Source: Eledone cirrhosa (lineage: Eukaryota). From it: a DNA stretch of 64,000 nucleotides. Below the pieces are notes generated by a model. The model worked only from the letters and a program-made list of their open reading frames with translations. It had not been told where the DNA came from and did no database searches. The DNA lies in NCBI GenBank assembly GCA_964016885.1, contig OZ024746.1, forward strand, positions 99,696,001-99,760,000, given 5' to 3'. Of the stretch, positions 52,907 to 64,000 are shown piece by piece. A program made the translations under genes and the position numbers. Numbering within the stretch: the first letter of the stretch is position 1; each line of letters begins with the position of its first letter.

Positions 52907-53090
52907 ATTGTTTCTACTTTTGGCACAAGGCCAGCAGTTATCCCAGTGTATTACTGGTACTTTATTGTATCGACCCTGTAAGGATGAAAGGCAAAGTTAA
53001 CCTCGGCGGGATTTGAACTCAGTCCGTAAAGGGACGTAACTGTGCTGCAAAGCATGGCATCCGACCCTCTACCGATACTGCCAATCCACG
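52907..53090 (-). mobile_element. SINE family A
   Basis: Full-length reverse copy. Confidence 0.85.
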
Positions 53091-53172
53091 TAAGCAAGAA
53101 AGTGTTGATAAAATCCAGTACTTCAGTATGCGGATAGGGAGCACTCAACGAATATATAAGTTCCGAAGTTAT

Positions 53173-53457
53173 AATAGTGACGAAACATAAGTCAATTGCA
53201 TGAACTCATAATCCTTTATTTACTGCTATATATATTTCGATGATAGCCATTGAATGGCTATTACCTCATATGTCCATTGAATGGCTATGACATCATATGT
53301 CCCAAGGCTCTGATACCATCAACACCATAAACACAGAGCTGTCATATCTAAGAACTGCCTGATGAGGTCATAGCCATTCAATGGCTATCATCGAAATATA
53401 TATAGCAATAAATAAAGGATTATGAGTTCATGCAATTGACTTATGTTTCGTCACTAT
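53173..53457. repeat. ~90-bp inverted repeat pair with a canonical hammerhead in the right arm (53356-53407, +)
   Basis: tgc-CTGATGA-ggtcatagccat-tca-atggctatcatc-GAAA-tatata-TA-gca; the left arm is truncated within the CTGATGA core. Confidence 0.85.
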
Positions 53458-53649
53458 ATATATAATTGTTTCTACTTTAGGCACAAGGCCAGCAATTACC
53501 CAGTGCATTACTGTATGTAGAAATTATATATGTTAGTATATAATTGTCAAGTAGTTTCGAAATTAGTTCAATGTGTATATACATTATTGATCTGAAGAAA
53601 AGGTGGATTTTTTAGGGAGAAAAGTTGGAAAGTTAGTCAAACACAAATC

Positions 53650-54058
53650 AAATATAATCAAATATACAGATGGAAAAATAGCTTTTACATCATTTTTAAT
53701 TCTTTACACATGTTTCATGAGAGATGTACATCAAATTAATCGAATAATGTTAGGTGAAATTTCGTATAATCAATATCTATACATTCAAAATTATATATAG
53801 ATATATATACACTTCTCCATCTTCAGGGAATTAACAAAAACCTATTATATTGAAGCAGAGTATATTCAAAATTTAATTTCCACCTGAAGATAGAGAAGTA
53901 CAATTACATATATATTATTTTCTATGTATAGATCTTGATTATAAGAATTTTCGCCAAACATTGTTCGAATAATTTGATGTACAATTCTCTTGAAACATAT
54001 GTAAGGAATTTAAAATGATTTAAAAGCTAAATTTTCCATCTATATGTTTGATTATATA
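53650..54058. repeat. Diverged ~175-bp inverted repeat pair with decayed hammerhead-like motifs
   Basis: Arms 53650-53830 and 53880-54058; CTGAAGA-tagagaa..ttctct-t-GAAA-catatg-TA. Confidence 0.7.
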
Positions 54059-54307
54059 TTTACAATGGTTTCTTATATCAATTTTGGAGGTGGGGAAAGT
54101 CGATTAAATCGACCCCAGTGCGTGACTGGTACTTTATTTTATCGACCCCGTAAGGATGAAAGGCAAAGCTAAACTCGGCGGTATTTGAACTCAGAAGGTA
54201 AAGGGTCATAACTTTATGCTGTAAAACATGGTGTCTGATGCTTTACTGATACTGCCAATCCACCGGCCTAATATATGCATATATATAATCAAATATATAG
54301 ATGGAAA

Positions 54308-54820
54308 AGGCGACGAGTAGATAGTCGTTAGAACGTCAGATAGAATGGCAGAGTCGTTAGAACGTCAGATAGAATTGCAGAGTCGTTAGAACGTCAGATA
54401 GAATGGTAGAGTCGTTAGAACGTCAGATAGAATTGCAGAGTCGTTAGAACGTCAGATAGAATTGCAGAGTCGTTAGAACGTCAGATAGAATGGCAGAGTC
54501 GTTAGAACGTCAGATAGAATGGTAGTCGTTAGAACGTCAGATAGAATGGTAGTCGTTAGAATGTCAGATAGAATGTTTTATGGTATTCGTTCCGGTTTTT
54601 TGCTCTGAGTTCAAATCACGCCGAGGTCAACTTTGCCTTTCAACCTTTCGAGGTCAATAAAAAAAAGTACCAGTCTAGTACTGGGGTGGATTTTTCCTCT
54701 CTCTGAAAGAAATCTGTTGTACTCAGGCCTGGAGAGGCATGGGCTCCGCCTGGCTTAAAATGCCCAAGATACGCCGTATTTCAATACGGTGCCCCTATGA
54801 CTTTATCAGGAGTTATGTGA
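54308..54820 (+). mobile_element. SINE family A' with a 27-29-bp head segment tandemly amplified 9 times (54324-54575)
   Basis: Unit GTCGTTAGAACGTCAGATAGAATGGCAGA upstream of B box GAGTTCAAATCAC. Confidence 0.85.
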
Positions 54821-54821
54821 C

Positions 54822-54863
<42 letters not shown>

Positions 54864-55274
54864 ATTGTAAACCACGCATTATTGCCACTCTAGTATATAT
54901 ACAGACACACACTGATGACGCCTTAGATATTACCTGTTCCTAGTTAGATACAGTTGTATGTGCTGTACATGATGTTAAAAATGAATAATTTTGCTATTTT
55001 ACTTCTATGGCTGGTCGATTTAGTAGTCTTTAAAGAATTGGATATTTGTCCGTGTCTCTGCGTTTTGAGGTCGAATCTTGTCACGATCTACTTTGCCTTT
55101 AATAATTTCATCAACGGTAAAGAGAGTAGAATCAACGGTCTTGTGCAGTCCTCTCTCCTTCCAGCTGTCACATCCTTGGTGACCCACTAGGACAAAGGGA
55201 TTAAGAGAGTGTCCGTGTCTAGCAACGACTGCACAGCCACATTAACACCCTTACAGAAAGCATGATATAATAGG

Positions 55275-55560
55275 GGATTATCCGGCCGTTTCCTCTCGCA
55301 CCGGTCACCGTCGAAACCTCAGACGTACTTGGACCCCGTACAGTCGAGCTCCTCCACAAGATCGGAACGTCGGCGGCCCGTCTGAGAAAAGAGCCCCGCT
55401 GTTGCAGCGGGTGTCGCTGGACATTATCCGTGGGAACGCTTTTGCGGTCTTGCCCGCGGAGCGCAGACCCTTTACCGCCTTGCCCTCGGCCCAAAGCCTA
55501 ATTACCCTCCCCTCCCTATTCTTCTGTCACACTAGAGTCCTAGCCATTCTCTCTCTTTTC
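55275..55560 (+). mobile_element. CRE-like 3' end (subfamily 2)
   Basis: GRFLSHRSPSK/PVTVETSDVLGPRTVELLHKIG..LQRVSLDIIRGNAFAVL. Confidence 0.8.
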
Positions 55561-56246
55561 AGTTTATTTTTTTCTCTTTTTTCTTTATATTTTTATATTT
55601 TACATTCCATTCTTCTCAATCTAAATTTTTTTCTTTTCCTATTAAACTGTATTTATCTGATATATTCCCTAAGTAAAGTTAACTACATTACCTCCGTCAA
55701 CTATCTCCACGGTTTGGTGTTGGAATAAAAAGATGTAATTAATGTTACGGCCGCTTACATAGTTGAGAATTGGAGAGAGGGAGAGAGGGTGAGAGAGAGA
55801 GAGAGAGAGAATATGACCAAGTTATACTCGACTGTGTGTCGCGGCTAATTCGAAACCACTTACCAACCATAATTGAGACATAAAACTGTTGTAGAGTTTG
55901 GTACAATATTGTCTTCAGAACTCCATCACAGACACACAAGAATCTTTAACATTGACAAGTTGATTCCATTATAGAAATACAAGAAGCTTTTACCTTGACA
56001 AGATGACAATTCTCAGAAAGAAAATAGGATCCGAAATTCAAATTCATGAATTCTAGATTACTATATTGGTTTTAGCATCGTATATATTGGAAAGCACGTA
56101 TTTGAAAAGGAAGCAATCATTTCTGTCTCAAATTTAGATGGATAAGTGTATGACTGAGAATGCAGAAGTGTCATTTGGCGCTGACAAAATAAACTTAAAA
56201 TAAATAAATGTTTCAACGGCACACACACACATACACGCACACACAC

Positions 56247-56315
<69 letters not shown>

Positions 56316-56403
56316 CATACATATACATATATATATATATACACACACACGTATATATATATATTAAAATGTAAATGACACCAAGTATTTAAAGCATTAT
56401 TAA

Positions 56404-57860
56404 CAGTCTGCGACACCATTGTGGACTATTTTGAGTTTTATTCAGTCAGTTTTTACTGTTTAAACCCATTATATCATTGAATAAAGTTCGTTAAGATATT
56501 TCTCTCCCCTTCAGATCAAAAGTTATGGAAAGAAATGAAGTAAAGGACCAAGTTGAAGATCGTGTTTTGGAGCCGATAAGAAACAAAATATAAGAAGAAG
56601 CATAAGGTTGTGGATAAACAAATTCTCGAATCTGTGGAGAGTTTCGTGAAAGCAAACGACCTAGGAGCTTTACCAAAGAGGAGAAGCTGGATATTCTCTC
56701 TGTACAAACCAAATTTACTCATGAATATGTCATCCTACAGAGTAATAAGTGACTTGGGTAAATGAAGAACAATACAGATGCCATGAACCGTACTGCGAAT
56801 GTCCTTGGTCAAAGTAATAAGCTCTGGAATGAAATCTGTTGATACTGGAGAAATTTCCGAGCAGAAGATGATTGGACATCTAAATCTAAAGGATTCGGTT
56901 GTTCCTGATCTTCATTTTGTGACTTACGTAATCCAGAAATTTGTCAGATATCGTCAGGCGATTCACACTAGGACTGTTGATTGTGATGTGATGGACTGCT
57001 GTATCGAAAATGGTTTCATTGCTGTTGACCGTGATCAACCAAAACAAGTCCAAGCAGCTCTGCGATCTGTTCAAAGATTCCTTAAGCAAAAAGGATACTG
57101 TCGCGGAAAGAAGAAAGGAATGGTGTGCTACAAGCTCCGTGCCGAGAACATTTGTAAACGGGGTCCCTATAGATTTAGATTAGTTTTTCTCAACGCAGCG
57201 AAGAAGCGACGAATTGTGTACGTGGATGAAAGCTATATTCCCCAGAATTATACTCGTCATGATGACGGTTTGTATGATTGGAACGATGAGCTGGGCCAGC
57301 AAGTGAAAACGTAATACAAAGGAAAGTGATATTGTTTCATCTCGGTCATTATTGATGCTGACTACATCGTGCCAGAAGAAGCTCCAAATGAAACTCAAGT
57401 GGCTCACTTAAATAGAGGACATGCATGTCTTTGTAGGAGGAAAACAAACGAAAGACTACCATGGGATGTTCGATCACAAGTATTTTGTTGAGATTATGGA
57501 AAAGCACTTCAAAGCTCTTGATGACCGAGGGATTAGTAACGCTGTCATTGTGATGGACAATGCCAAATATCACTCTAATCTCCCTGAATCAACACCAAAA
57601 AGATCGTGGAAGAAGGCTCAAATGCAGGCGGCATGTCGAGAAGGAGAGATTCCATTCGGAGCAGATCTGAAATGTGTGCTATGAGAAAAGCCGAGGGAGT
57701 ACAACTGACAGCTGTTTCTGCCTGTATAAAAACACAGGTTTCATCGGAGTTTATTAAAACGCTTACTATTAATCGTCACGGAAAAATAATAGAAACATCT
57801 AATACATAAAATCACTTTACAAAATACAAAGGTTTAAATAAAAACGGTCAAAAAATAGTG
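56404..57860 (+). mobile_element. Decayed IS630-Tc1-mariner superfamily transposon (Sailor-like motifs)
   Basis: ORF pieces RIVYVDESYI (first D), GK*YCFISVI, KDYHGMFDHKYF and VIVMDNAKYH (second D); the third catalytic residue region is missing. Left end starts CAGTCTGCGACAC; possible right-TIR remnant at ~57830-57860. Confidence 0.8.
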
Positions 57861-57921
57861 ATGAGAAAGGGGTATATATTAATGTGAGAGAAGTGTATTG
57901 CGTTTAGATGTAGTGTTATTT

Positions 57922-57962
<41 letters not shown>

Positions 57963-58236
57963 CTAAGTATGTGTTGTTTGTTTACCGACACTTCAGTATG
58001 CAGACTAGATCATCAAACGAAGTGCGCAGATGGGTCTGTTTACTCCAGAGTAATGTAAAAACAAGAAGTGAATATGAATAAACGAAGCTAATTTTAACCT
58101 GTTGACTTACACTTCTTGTTTATATATATATATATATATATATACATATGTGTGTGTGTGTGATGGTAGCTAAGATGCTTCCATGGGCGGTATGCCGGTT
58201 GAGCACTCTATGCTCTTACAGAGCAAAGTATGATAG

Positions 58237-59525
<1,289 letters not shown>

Positions 59526-60284
59526 TGGGGCGGGGTAATTTACTAACCATTGGAGGATTTTGAAATATGAAAATACCTTAATTTCTTTTGGAAGTTGCCA
59601 CAATGCTGATAACTATAAATAATAGTTTGGTAAAGGCAAAATTAAAATACTTTCAGGCACCTAGTTTCCAATTTTATGCTATGAGTTCTAGTTCCACCTT
59701 TCATCGTTCCAAATCAAGTAGTTGGTCGTTTTCATCGTCTATACTCCTTTCCTTACATTTGAAACATTCTTCCTATCTTTGAAATCAAACTGTTTTCATT
59801 TCTTTTTAACCGGGTGCACAAAAAACTTTCTTTTTTTTTTCTTTTACTCATTTTGTTTTGGTTTGGAAAACAACAGTTTATAATAAACATGTTCCGGAAA
59901 CCCCCGAAGATCTTATCAATAGCTTCTTATTTTTCTTCGCCCACTTATTCCTGAGAGGGTGGTGGGGGCAGAGTCCTCAAATCAATAACTATCTCATTGA
60001 AATCTGCATTTACTAAGCTTTCGCCATCTTCACTGTTATAAAAGAAACATTTTACTGGACGAGTATGAAAAGAGATATCCGGCCGATAGTCCTAAGTGGA
60101 AGCTATTTTGATAGTATGTAGGATGAGATTACAGATTAATCAGAACTTCCAGTTTTTATAATTATGTATAAAATTTCACCAAGTGTATAATGATATATTC
60201 AGCCAAATGGATTGTTTTATTTGACTTAATGTTGCACAATTAACTTAAGGGCAAAATACATTCCTAGGGTAAAATTACATAAAC

Positions 60285-60508
60285 ATAATGGTTTCTGATT
60301 TAAAAACAAGGCCAGCAATTTTGGGGGAGGGGAAAGTGGATTAAATCGACTCCAGTGCGTTACTGGTACTTTATTTTGTCGACCCCAGTACATTACTGGT
60401 ACTTTATTTTGTCGACCCCATAAGGATGAAAGGCAAAGTTAACCTCGACAGAATTTGAACTCAGAGCGTAAAGAGCCGTAACTTTATGCTGCAAAGCATG
60501 TTGACCGA
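60285..60508 (-). mobile_element. SINE family A with internal 33-bp duplication
   Basis: TTACTGGTACTTTATTTTGTCGACCCCA appears twice. Confidence 0.8.
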
Positions 60509-60729
60509 AAAAATAATAAAGAATTTGATATTTGGTGAAACACAGAGAAAAAGAAAGCAGTATTGGAAAGGACTATAAATGAGAGGAAAAGAGGGGAAAG
60601 ATGAAAGACTATCAGGCAATGGAGGAATGAGGGGAAGGGATATTATGGTACAAAATAATTAGAACAATAATTAAATAAACACTACAAAAACGGAAGGGAA
60701 AGGCAAGGGGCTCTAGGATCACAGAATAA

Positions 60730-60862
60730 TGGGAGAGGGAAGGGGAGGGTGATGGCCTAGGGCGCGGCGCCGTTGGGTTGCGCCCCATGGACAAGACCAC
60801 AAAAGCCTTTCCGCGGACAATGGCCAGCGACGCCCTCTGCAACAGCCACCCCCTGTCAACAG
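60730..60862 (-). mobile_element. CRE-like 3' end (subfamily 2)
   Basis: WLLQRASLAIVRGKAFVVLS. Confidence 0.75.
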
Positions 60863-61237
60863 TCACTCATACATACCAGTCTCCCCTCTCCACACCACCG
60901 AAAGGCAATGGGGCCGATACAGCTTGGCACCTGTGACGTCATAACTCATTTCTACAGCTGACTAAACTGGAGCTTCGTGAACTAGAGTATCTTGCTCAAG
61001 GACATAACACATCACCCGGTCCGACAATCGAACTAATAACATTTCGATAGCAAGCCCAATGTTCTAACCACTAAGCAATGCGCCTTCACAACCATTTTTG
61101 ATATTGAGTACGTAAAGACACTTATGTCATCAGATACTTTCATATGAAATCGATCTGGCAATCCCCTATTTAGTGCAACAAGTTTATAACTTGTTAGTCT
61201 GTTAGCCATATATAAAATTGAAACGATGACGGTAAGA

Positions 61238-61430
61238 CATATCTTCCTTACCATCCACCGGGTAAACGCCTTCTCCATTCTGTCCGCCGAGGCTGTGGGG
61301 AGGCCAGCACGTGGCGCCCCATTTGCTCACCATACAGAGAGATGGGGAGGGCGAGAGAGATGGGGGAGATGACGGTGGGAGTTCGGCTCTTCCGTGTTCG
61401 GACACATTGTATCTGTCAAGAGTGTATTTT
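61238..61430 (+). mobile_element. CRE-like ORF end plus 3' UTR (subfamily 1)
   Basis: Homologous to 6198-6410. Confidence 0.8.
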
Positions 61431-63169
61431 CATACTTGTGACCACGGACATTGTATGCAAAGCATTGATGTTCATTTTTCTCTTTACAATGAATTCTCTT
61501 CCAATAATGACACTGTGATAAACAGGTGAAACTCCAGAATAACAAGACATTCAGTGTGAATTACAGAATTGTTCTGTATATTAAAAGGGGTTTCAGATCT
61601 TATACCACTCTCTTCGGAAGCAGGAATCAAACAGAGAAAAGAAAAGGAAAATTGGAGTTGACAAGTTAACTGATGCATAGTTAATAAGACTGCAGCATGT
61701 GAGCTCTTTGTCCCTTACAAAATAGAAAAGAAACTCTGACCTAGAAAGTAGACGAGGTTAGGGTGTTAAAAGAAATATAAGTGAGCACGAGACAGGAAAG
61801 GAGAGTCTGGTAAGTTATTCATTTAATATTTTTTAACTATACATGACCTGAAAGCCAAGTACATCCAAACGCACTCACTAGTGCTTACTAGAGCACCAGC
61901 AGTGCATAAGGTACAAAATATAGTTATATCTATAAACATTGTGTATACGTTGCTGATCTCTCGGACTTGTACGAAGCGCTGAGAGAAAAAAAAGTTAATA
62001 TAAAGAGTTGTATGCTCATGCGCGGAGATGCTATAAAATAGCTTATAAAATATAGTACAGACCCCCATCCCTCTCTCTCTTTTAGTCCTGTAACTCCTGA
62101 TAGAGTCGTAGGGGTGCCGTATTGAAATACATCTTTTCTTGGGCGGAACCCATCCCTCTCCAGGCCTGAGTACAGCAGATTTCTTCCAGAGAAAGATAGA
62201 AAGTGAGAGAGAGGAATCAGAAAGAGATACAGAGAAAGAATCTACCCCAGTAATTGACTGGTACTTTTTTATCGACCTCGAAAAACTCCTTTTTAATACC
62301 CTCCTTTTCACAAACTTTCGCTCCCAAAGTACCAACAAGATTCCTTATAACTTTCTGGTTCAAGGTTAGGGATACACGCTTTTTTTCTTTATATTATTCC
62401 TCTCCCTTGAACCTATAACGTAAAGTATAAGGCTGAAAAATACCTAACATCTGAAATATCAACGATGATTGCAGGATATCATAAGATGTGTTACGTTTTG
62501 TATGATGGTTATTGTCACAATGTGTACTGTGTTACAGTAGCGACCCTACTTGTGTGACAGATATTACTAAAACATTAAAGACTACTTTAATCTGATATAA
62601 TTTGTTTTTCTGGGCGTATATTATTATATTTGAAACCAAATTACAACCAGATTATATCACAATACTGAAGAAGACAGAATGATTATAAAGAAAATCAGTT
62701 ACAGTTAATATATTCTCAACAAATTTGTACATAGAAACTTTCACAAGTAGGAGGAAGAGTTTATTAGCGTGAAATGGGGAAACTAATGAGAAAGAGTAAG
62801 TCTTATATAAAATACAGAATGTATATAGATAGGAGGAAGAGGAGAGATGAATTAATTAGAATAGCTGGGGAATTAATTAGAATAGCTGGGGAATTAAAAG
62901 GCTAGTTAGTTAACTGTGGGGAGTACTAGCAAGAAAGAGCGGTGTAAAAGCGTGAGGGTGCTTGGTTGTTTCAGCGCTTTAGCCTCGCCATCACATGTGT
63001 AATGCAACGAGCGTATTGGTTTGCCTAAAAAATATCCGTTGATCCTTGTGGTGTGCGGTCTATTGTCCCATTTCCTGGTGAATTTATTGTTGCTATTGTT
63101 TTTGTTTCTTCTTTTTTTCGCTCTTACTCTGATTATATATTTTGGTGTGTTATATTTGTGAGGTTCCTA

Positions 63170-63388
63170 GGGCGGTAGATTGGCAGTATTGGTAGAGGGT
63201 CGGACGCCATGCTTTGCAGCATAGAGTTACGGCCCTTTACGGTCTGAGTTCAAATCCCGCGGAGGTTAACTTTGCCTTTCATCTTTACGGGGTCGATAAA
63301 ATAAAATACCAGTAACGTACTGAGTTCGATTTAATCGACTTCCCCTTCCCCTAAAATTGCTGGCCTTGTGCCTATAGTAGAAATCATT
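63170..63388 (+). mobile_element. SINE family A, full length
   Basis: A box, B box, central block and tail. Confidence 0.85.
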
Positions 63389-64000
63389 ATATGTATTTGT
63401 GTTTATATATTTTTTTTAAAGAATTGCGAACAATTCATAATGTTATGGGGTGCAGCCCAAACCCCACCCCACCCTAAGACCACAGCTTATCACCCTCTCC
63501 CCTTCGCCCTCTCTTTCTTCTGTGGCCCCAAATTTCTTGCTTCTTCCCCTCTTTTCCTCTCATTTATGTCATTTATAGTCCTTTCCTCTACTTTCCTTTA
63601 TAGCCAGATCTGTCCTTCTTTACCCCTTCCTCCTTTTTTCTCATTATTTATTTTTGTTTTTATCTTTCTTTTTATTTATGTAATTATCAATGGGATTTAA
63701 GCCAACTTTGTGAGTTTAATCTGAATACAATTTCTGTTTTCCTCTTTGATACAAAAAAATTCATACAACTTTAAATAAAAACTAAACCACCAGTGACCCA
63801 TGGGTCACGTTCACTTCAAAATATATTTTTTTAAAATCATGTTCACTTAAAAATAATTTTTAAATAATTAAAATATACACAGACATGTATATAATGGGAA
63901 ATGAAACTGGAAGGCCCATATATATACGTGTTTGTATGTATATATATATAAATGTGTGTTTGTATACATATATATATGTGTGTGTGTGTGTGTGTATATA

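Overview
AT-rich eukaryotic DNA saturated with repeats. It is most likely intergenic or intronic sequence from an octopus/coleoid cephalopod; this is inferred from the SINE families and the (TA)n/(CA)n load. No intact host gene is recognisable, and most ORFs in the track are microsatellite or minisatellite artefacts. Recognisable content: a 5'-truncated but open Penelope-like (PLE) RT/GIY-YIG ORF with ribozyme-bearing 3' repeats; a decayed Ty3/Gypsy gag-pro-RT; a decayed hAT (Charlie/Buster-like) transposase; a decayed IS630-Tc1-mariner-type transposase; RTE-type LINE and Helitron fragments; about 15 fragments of the 3' end of a CRE-like non-LTR element encoding a restriction-like endonuclease (RLE); more than 20 tRNA-derived SINE copies; several MITEs; five minisatellites; and a processed pseudogene of SR-protein kinase (SRPK). 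The most notable signal is a dense set of type I hammerhead ribozyme (HHR) motifs, about 15 intact or decayed. Several use the non-canonical U3-A8 core (UUGANAA) with long stem-II inserts and palindromic stem III, and several sit in inverted-repeat pairs where only one arm keeps an intact core. All coordinates were read by eye and may be off by a few bases.
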